DNA of 64,000 nucleotides from Eledone cirrhosa (lineage: Eukaryota): NCBI GenBank assembly GCA_964016885.1, contig OZ024740.1:247132001-247196000 (forward strand), read 5' to 3'. Shown here one piece after another: positions 26,661-40,200 of the stretch. Made by a program: the position numbers and the translations under genes. Each line of letters begins with the position of its first letter. Within the stretch, counting starts at the first letter, position 1. The notes under the pieces were generated by a model. It saw nothing but the letters and a program-made list of their open reading frames with translations. It was not told the DNA's origin and ran no database searches.

Positions 26661-28290
26661 ATGGCTATGAACAATAGTGACCTTACTAGATCCCAAATTG
26701 ATGTCATCCTTGCGGCCCGAAAAACCATAATTACTTTTAAAGATCAATTATGGACCCGCAAGGATACACATAACTACTTTGACATAACTATGGGATCTAG
26801 CGACTCGGCGCAGGTCACCGATTTGGTCGGCCTATATCTCTTAAATGAAATTCATAAGAACCTACCCTACCTCAATGATGGTTTATACCGCGATGATGCA
26901 CTACTTCTTATTGACTATAACAAATTTAATATAGAAAGAACTAGGAAACAAATACATAACATTTTCAAAAACTTCAACTTAGGTATCACCTTAGATAAAA
27001 ACACTAAAAACGTTAACTTCCTTGATGTTACCCTTTACCTGGACTCTAAAATATATACACCTTTTCATAAACCAAACGAAAAACTACTTTACGTAGATAT
27101 CAACTCTAACCACCTTAAATCTATATTAAACTCAATTACTAAAGGAATATCAAATATAATCTCTAATCTATCATATAACGAAACCATATTTAACAATAAT
27201 TCCCAATACTATAATGAGGCCTTAGCTAAATCAGGACATAAAAATAAGATTAAATTTCTACCTATAAAATCACCTAGTTACAACATTATTTCTAACAATA
27301 TGGCCATGAGGAAAAATAATAAAAGTACTAGTCACTATAACTCTAATACAAAGCGTAATATCAAACTTAACTCGGACCAGAATAAACACCACAATAATAG
27401 TATAAACAGAAATATAAACAATACTTCAAATAAAATTACAAAAAACAAAAGTACAAGAACTAATACATTCTTCAATCCCCCTTACAATCTAAACGTCTAT
27501 ACCAACTTACCCAAGGATTTCTTCTCAATCCTAGAAAAAAATTCCCAGCCGGCCACAAATACCATAATCTTATCAATAAAAATACCATTAAAATCTCTCA
27601 CTCTACCACACCTAACATCGCATACCATATAGCTAGTAGTAATAAAAGGAAGATTAATAATTATTTCCAACTAATTAAATCACAGTAGGGGGTAAACTTA
27701 CAGGGCAACATAGTACCAGAGATTTCTAGTAGCAATAATAATAATGATAATAGCACTAATGAAATTAATAACAAAGAGAACGACAAACATAATTACCCTA
27801 ATGCTATCCCTAACAACCAAGCATCTACACAACATAGTAACCGGCAAGCAAACAAACAGAATAACTGTAACTGTAGAACAAATCGAACTTGCTCCTTAGG
27901 TAAAAATTGCTTAATCAAAGACATCATTTACTCATGCACGGTCAACACAAACAACTCTTCTAAAACATATATCGGTTCAACTTCAAACTGCTTCAAGACG
28001 AGATATAACTCGCATCTCCACACTTTCAAAAATCGCAGTCCAGCCAACTCCACTTCTTTATCTAGCTATTATACACTCTGAAAACTAGGAATAGACCATA
28101 TACACTTCAATGGGAGATAGTAGATGGGGCCGCATCGTGTAAACCACCAAATAAATTATGTAACCTCTGTCTTCTAAAGACCCGAACAATAATCTATTCT
28201 AAGCTAGACCTTCTAAATAGAAAATCAGAGGTATTTTCGATGTGCCAGCACTACCACCGACACTCTTTTCATAGCTTTAAACCTAGCTGC
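26661..28290 (+). mobile_element. Penelope-like element (probably Naiad): RT C-terminal part plus GIY-YIG endonuclease, frameshifted
   Basis: FDITMGSSDSAQVTDLVG, GLYRDD, VNFLDVT, FFNPPY; then CNCRTNRTCSLGKNC (CxCx5Cx5C), IIY...YIGST...FKTRY..H, CNLC, CQH. Confidence 0.88.
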
Positions 28291-28513
28291 TAATATATAA
28301 CAATGTCAGATCTGAATTCCTCACCACCATTAACACCTCACCTCTAGGTATAATCGGCATATAAGTACCCCCACAGCATCACACTCTTTGATCAGCTCAT
28401 CACTCTACTTAACTCATTTTTACCTCTAACTTTATGCTATACAATAACTATTTGGAATAAACACAAAGCTAACACCATTTAATATAACCACTATAGCTTG
28501 CTTATATTATATT

Positions 28514-28898
28514 CAGTAATGGATAGATAATAATATGATGAGACACTTAATGTAGTATAGGAAAATAAATTATATTTATAATTAAATATATAAATTGATA
28601 GCATTATATATATATGGGATTCACTTATAACATAATATAATATATATTAATAGCACAAGAGATTTAACTAATTAGACCTGTAAACAACTATACATTTTTC
28701 CTGTAACTTTCTTATACTTTATTAAGTAATGAATAGATAACAATATAATGAGACCTTTAATGTATTATAGGAAAATAGATTCTATTCAAAATTAAATATA
28801 AACAAGTAGCATTATATAAAAGGGATTCACTTATAATATAATGTATATCAACACAAACATTTTAACTGATTGGAGCTGTAAACAACTTTACATTTTTC
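28514..28898. repeat. Diverged direct repeat, period about 210 bp, downstream of the Penelope-like ORF
   Basis: AGTAATGRATAGATAA...CTGTAAACAACTWTACATTTTTC occurs twice. Confidence 0.8.
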
Positions 28899-29620
28899 TA
28901 ATTTCTTCTATCATATACAATGTAATTCGCTGGTTACCTCCCCTTTCGTATTAGCTCCCCTTAATATAGATCAAACTCATTTCCGGAAATTAAACCGTTG
29001 GAATAATTACTCCACAGCAACTTGAAACCCTGATAGCAATATAATAGGACCGGTGTACAATCCATGGCTGTGACTGATTAAAAACATTCACTAAAATAAA
29101 ACATAGTCAATGTAATGGAAAAGATAGCAATAACATTGATACTCTCAGCACATATACATTTGAACATTACAGAAACAACCGTCACACTACATCCACCATA
29201 AAGCCATAGTTTTAATACAAAAACAGCTTTGCCTGATATGCTTATTTTATGTGATAACTTTTTCCTTGCAAAAAATGATATATGCCTAATACCATTGCTT
29301 GTTTCCTTCCTGTGTATGACTAATGTATTTGCCCTCTCTTTACGCTTGCATATGTACTGCTAGTGTCCTTGTTTTACGAGTAACTTTCTATCTTAATGCC
29401 TCTTTAATCGTTATACTATTACCTTATAATCTCTGTCGCTTGTATTCCACTGTATGCCTTTTTAATTTTAATTTTTAATTTTTAATTTTAATTATTGTAC
29501 AATTCTCTTGTAATCTAGGTCGCATCCATTCCACTCTGTAAATACGAAACTGTTGATGACAACATTAATATCCATGTATATATATGATTGTTCAGTTGAA
29601 TAGGAAGTTAATTATATGTA

Positions 29621-29693
29621 CAAACATTGCTACTGCTCCGATGAATTCAAACGAAAGTTCGGAAGAAACGATTGTCAGCAATAAAATGGTTTG
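29621..29693 (+). ncRNA. Type I hammerhead-like motif, U4C core
   Basis: Stem I TGCT/AGCA extended by CAAACATT/AATGGTTTG; CCGATGA 29638; stem II TTC/GAA with AAC-GAAA-GTT; GAAA 29665; ACGATTGT-C, GUC at 29676. Confidence 0.68.
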
Positions 29694-29716
29694 AACGTAG
29701 CTTTGATTATTGTGTA

Positions 29717-29833
<117 letters not shown>

Positions 29834-29835
29834 GT

Positions 29836-29915
<80 letters not shown>

Positions 29916-30020
29916 AAAATAAGATTATTTCAGTCATGCTACACCTTCAAAGTAGCTCAATACAAATGTAGGCTAGAAACTATATCATATACAGCTTTAA
30001 AATTCGAAAAATCATGTTAC

Positions 30021-30155
30021 CATCGGCTGCTTTAAGGAATTGAATCCCATATCTCCTAGACGGCAAGGTGTTGTTACGGTCCTTTAGCTTAACGGTTAAA
30101 AGCGCCTCATCAGTATCTGGGATATATGGTGTTCAATTCCTCATAGCGGCCGATG
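30021..30155 (+). mobile_element. tRNA-derived head preceded by a diverged inverted copy
   Basis: A box TAGCTTAACGGT and B box GTTCAATTCC in 30077-30152; 30021-30070 is an imperfect reverse complement of its 3' half. Confidence 0.6.
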
Positions 30156-30236
30156 GCACCTTCTTTTCCGCTTTTTAAGGGTCTTCAACCTATTTTCTAA
30201 GCTGTTTTTATAGCATCTCTGAGCACGATCACATTA

Positions 30237-30287
<51 letters not shown>

Positions 30288-30294
<7 letters not shown>

Positions 30295-30650
30295 CATACA
30301 GTATATTGCCAAATATACTATACATACATTCATGTATACATCGCTATTTCAGAACACCAATACTAATACCTAATTTTTGCTGGACCGGCAATCGCTCTGT
30401 AAAATCACCTCCTGATTATTACTGGAATTCTATAATAATCCACCTTCTATAATTTTCGGCGAAGGCGGCGTGTGCGAGGCCCTGACGATCTCCAACAGCG
30501 TGAAACAGACTGTTAGCTTCTCTCCCTTCTTTCGCCGAAAAGAAGTAAGCGACATAGTTACTATTTTAAAACCGATGGCGTATGGTCTTCAAAATGTTTT
30601 TAATTAAACATACGGTATATTGCCAAATATACTATACATACATTCATATA
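30288..30650 (+). mobile_element. About 310-bp hammerhead element with terminal direct repeats (retrozyme/pLTR-like), copy A
   Basis: TAATTAAACATACRGTATATTGCCAAATATACTATACATACATTCAT at both ends; CTGACGA 30482...GAAACAGACTGTT; homologous to 49455-49831. Confidence 0.8.
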
Positions 30651-30999
30651 TATATATATATAATATATATATATTAAATTCAAAGGGTATATATATATAT
30701 AAATTAGACAAAGTCATAGATATATATATGTGTTTGGCAACCAAATGTGGCTCAATGAGGAATTAATTAAATAATTATCAGAGCAATATATAAAAATGTA
30801 AGTGCAAAGAATTATTAGATAAAATATATACAGTATTTCCTCTCCCAATCAGTATAAATCAACCACTCACTATTTGGTTTGGATTGGTTTTCGCTTCTGT
30901 ATCTGTTATATCTCCATAGTTAATTTATCTGGCAATCAATGTCTATCATTGATTAACCAACGGTTAAAAATACAGATATAAATATATATATATATAGTC

Positions 31000-31043
31000 T
31001 ACCAAAATGTTTTCGTCATACATCTGCGACATCATCAGTGGTA
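31000..31043 (-). ncRNA. Type I hammerhead motif (partly decayed)
   Basis: Minus strand TACCA-CTGATGA-T-GTCGCA-GATG-TATGAC-GAAA-ACATTT-TGGTA; related decayed copy at about 22895-22950. Confidence 0.65.
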
Positions 31044-32019
31044 TTATTATGTTTCCTCTCGTTGTATTGTAATGTCTACGCCATTTTTATTTTATTTATT
31101 TATATATTCTTGTCTCTGTCTCTGTTTGCGCATGCGTTTGCGTGTGTATATAATGTTTGATGTGTGTGTTCGTGTTTGAGTCTATATGTTTTTGTATTCT
31201 ATTTTTGTTCACTAGTGTGTGTTTATGTGTGCTTGTTGTTATTGTATTTGTGTATATATATATTTATTTATTTATATTTCCCTTGTGTGTTTTGGTATGG
31301 TTGTTGTTATTCCATTCGTTTCTTTTGTTTTTTTTTCAACTTAGGTTTTCTTAGTTCTATTTCAGTTGCTTCTCTGATTTGCCTACCTGTTGAGTCATTT
31401 CTATGTTTAGATATTATTTTAATTTCTATGTTGACTATATTACTGTCATATATAAATATATATATGTGTAATATAAATTCAAGAGCGAATGACATATGTA
31501 GGAATATATCAAACAACACAGTGTTTGATTATATTTTTGTTAAACTGTCGCCAATGCTCATTTCTAGTCGATATGTTCTTATTATGTAATATAACTTCAG
31601 ATTGCATAATTTGGAAGATACTGGTTCTCTCGTGGGATAAACTGGCTACAGCCAACATATACAATCAACGTATGAACACTTGCAACTTATGAAATCTGGA
31701 GCTATATTACATAATTACGGGGGATAGCCTACTTAATAGCAAGGTCGAACGTGTTTTCAACTGAACTCATAAGATTGCAAATACATTTACCTACAACAGA
31801 CCGAATTAACCTAAGTTTCGATCCACCAACCATTTCACTCAGACATATATGAACCTTATCTCCTAGAATCTATCATTTCTGTATTATACCCCTCAAGAAC
31901 ACATTGACACCACTGAAAAAACATTAAGTCTTATCGGAATGGTCATGCTTCTGGCTTTCGGCATGGGTATCTACACAATTTCTTACTCTCCTCCTTACAC
32001 CAACACCAGTAGGAAAAGA

Positions 32020-34310
32020 AGTCATAATAAAAAAGAATTTGGTTTTTCCCACCCTTCACACTCAGTGTTAGAACTAATATAGGTAAGAAATGCTTAGCTC
32101 TCCTCGATAAGCACTTCCCCACAGGTCATAAGTACAGGGTGAAACATCTAAATCTGACTTAGGTATTATTAGTAAAAACATCTTGGACATAATCATACCA
32201 GTTCTAAACTCGTGCTAAAAATATGAGAATGAACTAACTAATATTATACAGAGCATTAAATTTAAAACCCATATAAATTAAAAACCCATATAGAGGCCAG
32301 ATGTATCTGAAACACAACACATTAGTATCAAAATTGATGAACTCTGTAAAACAAAACAAAAAAATCAAAAGAATCTTAATTAAATCTGATGAAACCAATA
32401 ACCTTTATGGTCTTGATAAAGATGATTATAACAAATTAATAATAAGGGAACTTAAGGAAAACTACCGGAAATTACATATGAGAACCTTGAAACTATTACT
32501 AAGGAAGCTTTCAAAATTGTTTCTAAACTTGGGATTGAACGCAGAACTGAACCTTTCATACCTAAAACACTGAAGTTAAATATGAAAGATCATAAGGACA
32601 ATTTTGAATCTGAGCTACCTGTCAGACTTATAGCTCCATCTAAATCTGACTTAGGTATTATTAGTAAAAACATCTTGGACATAATCATACCATTTCTAAA
32701 GTTTCGATCTCAACTAAAATCATGGAATGGTACAAATGAGATTATCGACTGGTTCACTGAACTTAAAAGTAAAAACAAGACCAAATTTATTCAATTGGAT
32801 ATAACCAATTACTTTACTTCCATTTCTCCTGCACTACTTAACAAAGCCTTATCATATGCAACAAAATATACAGATCTTTCGAGTGACGAAATTAATATTA
32901 TCCTTACTGCTAGATAGACAGTTATTGATTTCAATGGTGAACTATGGACTAGATCTGATAGATCTGGAAATTCCGACATTACTATGGGATCTACAGACTC
33001 GGCTCAGGTCACTGACCTCGTTAGAATTTTCATCCTTAACCTAATTCACAGAAGATTACCTGAGCTTGGCGGAGGCTTATATTGTGACGATGCTCTTTTT
33101 GTAGTAATTAACCATAATAACAGCACCCTTAATAGAAAGAAGAACATTATAACTGACTTTTTTAATAATTTGAAATTTAAAATAATAATAGAATAGTAAA
33201 TTTCCTAGATATAAGATTAAACTTTAATTCTGGCCTTTACTACCGGTTCCATAAATTAAATGAAAACCTTAATTATGTTAACAGCGTTCAGCAAAGGATC
33301 TCTAGACTCTCAGCCAATAAGGATATTTTTGACAATAAGGCTAAATACTATAACGATGCGCTAAATAGAGCAGGTTACCCTGATAAAAAATGGTTACAAC
33401 CCCCCCACCCCTCTGTATATAAATCAACATTAATTTAATATCAATACTAATGAACATACAAATTATAACAATTATAGCAATGCTTATATCCGTAACAGAA
33501 GTCACAGAACTAGGCCAAATCAGTCATATAACCGATATAACTTCTATAAAACCAATAATCCTTGTAAAAGAATTTGTTCTCGTTCTATTTTATGCTATTC
33601 TCCACCACTATCACTAGGAATCAAGAAAAACGTAGCTCGCCATCTCTTCAATGCTCTTGATAAATGCTTCCCCAAAACGCATACATATAATGGAATTTTT
33701 AATAGACATACAATTAAACTCTCATACTAAACCACTATGAATATTGCCCAAAATATAGCTACAATTAGTAAGAGAAATCTCGGAACTATTCATAGGGAAT
33801 TAACTCCTAACGATAATCAGAGAGTCATTAATAGAATAAATAACTCCTCGATGAAAACCTTACGTACTACGAAAACAGAAATGCAATTATAAAAATAGTT
33901 ATTCCTGCTCATCAAGTAATAACTGTCTTGACCGTAATTTAGTTTATAAATACATTGTTAAAACAAGAGATAAGTCTTATAATAATATTGGTGTCACGTC
34001 CTCTAAATTTAAAGAAAGGTTGTATAATCACCGCCACATGTTCAAAAGAGAAGACAAAAGATTTAGTACTGTTTTATCTGAATTAATTTGGTCGCTTAAA
34101 AATGATAATATAGAATATTCTCTTTCTCGGCATAATATAAAAATATAAAAATATAATATAAAAATTCTCCCATTTCTAAGAATTGTAGCCTATGTAACAC
34201 TGAAATTCTTTATATTCTTATGAATAGAAAAATAATTATTAATAAACGATTTGATATCTTCAGCTCGTGCATCCATCGATTCTCAAAAACGTTTCATCGA
34301 GATTTTAGTT
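32020..34310 (+). mobile_element. Decayed Penelope-like element (probably Naiad), RT plus GIY-YIG
   Basis: KSDETNNLY, KDHKDNF..PVRLIAPSKSDLG, QLDITNYFTSI, MGSTDSAQVTDLV, GGLYCDD; downstream IGVTSSKFKERLYNH, CSLC, CIH; many frameshifts. Confidence 0.87.
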
Positions 34311-35317
34311 AAGCTTTAAAATGGATAACATAATAGTGAATATTCCTTTATATATCGTTTTAATTCTCGCCTTCGCCTATTCTCGAATACGTTTAGAGTT
34401 TTTAATTAAGCTTTATATATATAAAATAATAAGACAGGTATTACTCATTTATATATAATTTTTAAATGATTTTGTTATCTTAATTTTAAAAAATCTAGAT
34501 TATACGACAAAATAAGTTAACTAATTTTTTCCTGTTATTTTTCTCCTATATTTTTTCTCCGTTATAATCGTCATCCTACTTTGATTTTAGGTTGTATCTA
34601 AATGAATTAAATCTAATATAAATTGATAAATTTGGCTATAATACACACATTTTTTCTTTCTAAATAGTTATACAAAGTATTAATATTCTCTCCTATACAT
34701 ATATTAATTACTTAAATAAGATTGTTGAATTGATAAATTTGACATAAAAAATTATTTCTCTTCTTTTAAATAATTTACCACATAACATTATAACCTACTC
34801 AGCTATATATTTAAAATAAAACGAACCATATCAATTATTAAATACTTTTCTACTCATATAATTTCAATATCAAATTATACATAAACAAAGATAACTTACC
34901 TAGAAATTTTGTAATCCAAATTCTTTCCCGCTTTATTATATTTTCATAATACTACTTTTGTTTCCTAGAATATGTTTTTCCTTATTTCCTTTGATATAAT
35001 ATTTACTTTTGATTTAATACCTATTTTCAATTGATTATAGCCAGTATATAGACTGAATAACGGTCAATTTTTGTTTTGTTTTTTGACCAATCTAATTATA
35101 TTTTAAATAATTTATTAAACATTTAGACCAACTGTAATTTATTCTCTCAGTCACGCAACCTCCTATGGGTTGAATTTTTTCTAGTCATATGCTTCGTGGT
35201 CACCGATCTGTCCAGCTCATTTGTCTACCAGCATATCCATTAACAAATTATACATCTCATATGTATTTTGCCTGAAGAGGGCATGTTTTGTTTTATCTAT
35301 ATCTATAAAAATGAAAA

Positions 35318-35485
<168 letters not shown>

Positions 35486-36421
35486 CCGCAACTTTTGATC
35501 CGCAAGGCCGATTTTCAAAATTCTTTTTGTAATCAACCACAAATTTATCAGGGCAGGTCGCCGCGACATTGTAAATGATCGACTCCCCCTTTGTCCAGGT
35601 AACAAATCGATAATACTGACTGTAGGTACGACTTTGCACAGAAAAAAATCTCTATACCTATAAAAATGAAAAAGAAAGAGTGAGAGTGCAAGAAACAGAC
35701 AGACTAAAAGAGGGGGATAGCGGGAGAGAGAGAGAGAGAGGGCGACAAACGCTGTGTTTGATACATGACAGTGGAAGAGGGGGAAGGAAAGCTATAACTA
35801 ATTAACATGTGTGCGTGTGTGTGTGCGAGCGTGTGTCTGTGTGTGTTCGTGCAGCGTTCCAGTAAGAGTTAACATGCATATTAACATGCATATTGGAAAA
35901 ATACCTCGAAATTAACATAACCCTGCAAAACTTCGTAAATAGCCAAAACATTGCATAATGAGAAAATATTCTGAATAAAACAAGTTTGGCGCAAATCGCA
36001 CATGGACAATATTTTCAATTTTCCAAAAATAGCAAGGAATTCATCTAAATTTAATTTACCTTATTTTATAATGAATATCAAAGAAATAATCGGTTTGTTT
36101 TTTGGTTGTCCATTCTGTAGGTAAGAGAGACAGAGAGGGGGTGAAAGAGAGAAAGAAAGAGAGGGGTGAAAGAGAGAAAGAGAGAAAGTGAGGGGATGAG
36201 AGAGAGAATAAAGAGATGAGAGAGAGAGGGGGATGACAGATATTTTAACTCTCCCCCCTATCCATAACGTTATTTCTTTCTCTCTCTTTCACAGTTCTAC
36301 TGCCACCGTGTGTATCTGGATGTGTGCCAGTGCATGTATCTACGTCTACGTACTTAGAGACATGTGTGTGTGTATGTGTGTATAACAGTACTTAAGTTAG
36401 AGACATATATATATATATATA

Positions 36422-36532
<111 letters not shown>

Positions 36533-37248
36533 GATATCTTCGTAAATAGCCAAAACGGTGCATAATGGAAAAATAGCCTTGTAAGCGATATAACCCTGAA
36601 ATGGGGATAAAACAAGTTTGACGTAAATCGACATAAACTATTTTCATCATTCGAGAAATATTTTAAATAATTATTAAAAAAAGATTTTTCAGTGATTTCT
36701 CAGTGAATATGATTTCAAAACTACAAGTTGTTTGTACTTCAAGTATCTATATTTGAGCTTTCTTTAAACAGACGATATTTTAATTATCAGAAAAGCATTA
36801 AGTGAATATGACTGAAAAATACCAGTTGGTTTTAAACAGTAGGTGTTTATATTTTTGCTTTTGTTAAAAAGAATATTTCAATTATTTAGAAATATTTTAA
36901 AGTGAATTTGATTTCACAAATATCTTCATTTTTTTAAAATTATTTTCGAGTGAAAACGATGGAAAAAATATTTCTTGTCATATTTAAAAAATATTCTTAA
37001 GTGAAAATGACTTAAAAAATACAAATTATTTGTACACTGAGTATATATATATCTCAGCTTTCTTTAAACAGAATATTTTAATCATTAACAAGTATTTTTT
37101 AAGTGAATATGATTTGAAAAAAGCGAGTTGTTTAAACAGACAATATTTTCATTATTTAGAAATATTTCTAAATGATGATTTAAAAAAAATATTTGTTGAA
37201 GTAATAGGAATTTTTTCTAAGGTCAATACGGTTTTCGATTCTTAAATA

Positions 37249-40200
37249 ATGCCTCGACGAGGAAGAAAGAAAACATCCGGTTGGTCTATCGATAGTTGAA
37301 AGAAAGCACGACTAAGGAGAGCCGAAGAAGGTGAGCAAGATAGTGGTCAATGCCAACAAGATCGGGACAGGCATGCGAACAGAAGGATCGATGAGACTGA
37401 TAAAGCAACGGCTGCACATCTGGCGGAACAGAGGGAAAGAGACAGAAGCAGGAGAGATCATGAATCTAATGGTCGGAGAGCTGCTCGTCTGGCGGAACAG
37501 AGGGAAAGAGACAGAAGCAGGAGAGATCATGAATCGAATGGTCGGAGAGCTGCGCGTCTGGCGGAACAGAGGGAAACAGACAGAAGCAGGAAAGATCATG
37601 AATCGAATGGTCGGAGAGCTGCGCGTCTGGCGGAACAGAGGGAAACAGACAGAAGCAGGAAAGATCATGAATCGAATGGTCGGAGAGCTGCGCGTCTGGC
37701 GGAACAGAGGGAAACAGACAGAAGCAGGAAAGATCATGAATCGAATGGTCGGAGAGCTGCGCGTCTGGCGGAACAGAGGGAAACAGACAGAAGCAGGAAA
37801 GATCATGAATCGAATGGTCGGAGAGCTGCGCGTCTGGCGGAACAGATGGAAAGAGACAGAAGCAGGAGAGATCATGAATCGAATGGTCGGAGAGCTGCGC
37901 GTCTGGCGGAACAGAGGGAAACAAACAGAAGCAGGAGAGATCATGAATCGAATGGTCGGAGAGCTGCGCGTCTGGCGGAACAGAGGGAAACAGACAGAAG
38001 CAGGAAAGATCATGAATCGAATGGTCGGAGAGCTGCGCGTCTGGCGGAACAGAGGGAAAGAGAGAGAAGCAGGAGAGATCATGAATCGAATGGTCGGAGA
38101 GCTGAGCGTCTGGCGGAACAGAGGGAAACAAACAGAAGCAGGAAAGATCATGAATCGAATGGTCGGAGAGCTGCGCGTCTGGCGGAACAGATGGAAAGAG
38201 ACAGAAGCAGGAGAGATCAGGAATCGGATGGTCGAAGAGCTGCGCGTCTGGCGGAACAGAGGGAAACAAACAGAACCAGGAAAGATCATGAATCGGATGG
38301 TCGGAGAGCTGCGCGTCTGGCGGAACAGAGGGAAAGAGACAGAAGCAGGAGAGATCAGGAATCGGATGGTCGAAGAGCTGCGCGTCTGGCGGAACAGAGG
38401 GAAAGAGACAGAAGCAGGAGAGATCATGAATCGAATGGTCGGAGAGTTGCGCGTCTGGCGGAACAGAGGGAAACAAACAGAACCAGGAAAGATCATGAAT
38501 CGGATGGTCGGAGAGCTGCGCGTCTGGCGGAACAGAGGGAAAGAGACAGAAGCAGGAGAGATCAGGAATCGGATGGTCGAAGAGCTGCGCGTCTGGCGGA
38601 ACAGAGGGAAAGAGACAGAAGCAGGAGAGATCATGAATCGGATGGTCGGAGAGCTGAGTACCAGGCGGAACAGAGGGAAAGAGACAGAAGGAGAGATCAT
38701 GAATCGGATGCTCGGAGAACTGAACGGTTTTGCCAACAAACCATTAGGGATAGAGCAAGGACAGTTCAACGACGTGACCTCTCTGCTGATGTTGGACAGA
38801 TGAATAAGATCTGTGTCTGTTGTCATGCAATGCTTTTTCATGGTGAAACTGCTAACTGTTGTTGTATGAATGGAAAAGTCAGGCTGGGGAATCTGCAGCC
38901 TTTACCCCAGGAACTTCACAGTTTATTTAGTACTGATCAACCTAGGTCAAACGAGTTCAGGAAGAACCTCAGACAATACAACTGCCTGTTCCAAATGACA
39001 TCTTTTGGGGCCGAAGAAGTTCGCTCCTCAAGGGTGGATGGAATCCTTCTATCGTTATTCATGGTCAAATTCACTATTACATCGGTTCCTTAACCCCTAA
39101 TCCCAACGAACAACCGCAATTTCTTCAAATTTACTTCTTGGATCCTCAGGATAGTGTTGATTTGAGGATCAGGATACTCCATAACGATGGCATTCAGCGC
39201 GACATAGTTGAATTATTGGAAATAATACTCAGACAATATAACCCTTACGTTGCTTCATTTCGAATGGCAAAAGAACTAATTTAAAATATTCCCGAAGCTT
39301 CAATTATTATTGATCCTGATAAGAGACCAGCAATGGAACATGAGAGAAGATTTAATGCACAAAGCGCAAACGAAGTTGCCGTTATTATACAAAACAGCAC
39401 CGAACTTCAAGCAAAAGCACGGCACATTGTGTTGAAAAAAAAAATAATCTCAGAGTCCCATCGGTCCTATGACAGTTTGCAGTATCTTCTATTTTTTTCC
39501 TTTTGGCGATGACGGATGGCATCATGAGCTGTTAATGAGCAACAACAAGAAGTTGACGTCAATGCGCTACTATGCCTATCAAATAATGAACCATGAGAAT
39601 GAATTCAACCAACTTCTTAGAGGCGGTCGTTTATTTCATCAATATTTGGTTCATCATTCTTCATCACAATGACATGCAATCCAAACTGGCCCGAAATCCG
39701 GCAAAACCTATTCCTGAATCAGAAGCCACATGACAGGCCAGATTTAATTGCCAGAGTATTTGACCTGAAGCAGAAACTGTTAAGAAAGTATCTTACTGGA
39801 GTAGATGGCCTATTTGGCAAGTGCATTGCTTACGTGCTAACAGTCGAATATCAAAAGTGAGGTCTTCCTCATATGCACTGTTTGCTATGGCTCAATGAAG
39901 TCTCCAAGCCCAGACCGCAGGAATATGATAAATTTGTTCAAGCCGAAATACCAGATCCAAACAAAGATCCAGAGGGTCATGAATTGGTGCTGAAGCACAT
40001 GATCCACGGTCCGAATTGCTCCAACAATTCGTCATGTTGGAAAGATGGAACGTGCAGTAAGCGGTACCCTAAGCCTTTCAATGAATATACATTGTGTGGA
40101 GAGGACTCTTATCCTGTGTACAGAAGACGGTCTCCAGGAATGGGAGGATTTGAGGGGCACCAAGAAAGAAGGGGAAGCCGAAATATAACTTCGGAATGGG

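Noticed and set aside
27860-28260. Selenocysteine (UGA) recoding reported for some Naiad elements
   Set aside because: The conserved Cys positions in this copy are TGT/TGC, and no SECIS was recognised.
30077-30152. Functional tRNA gene
   Set aside because: Acceptor and anticodon stems pair poorly; better read as a SINE-type head.
37312-38841. Long overlapping ORFs in other frames and on the minus strand
   Set aside because: By-products of the 69-bp repeat; only the frame leading into the Helitron zinc motif is meaningful.
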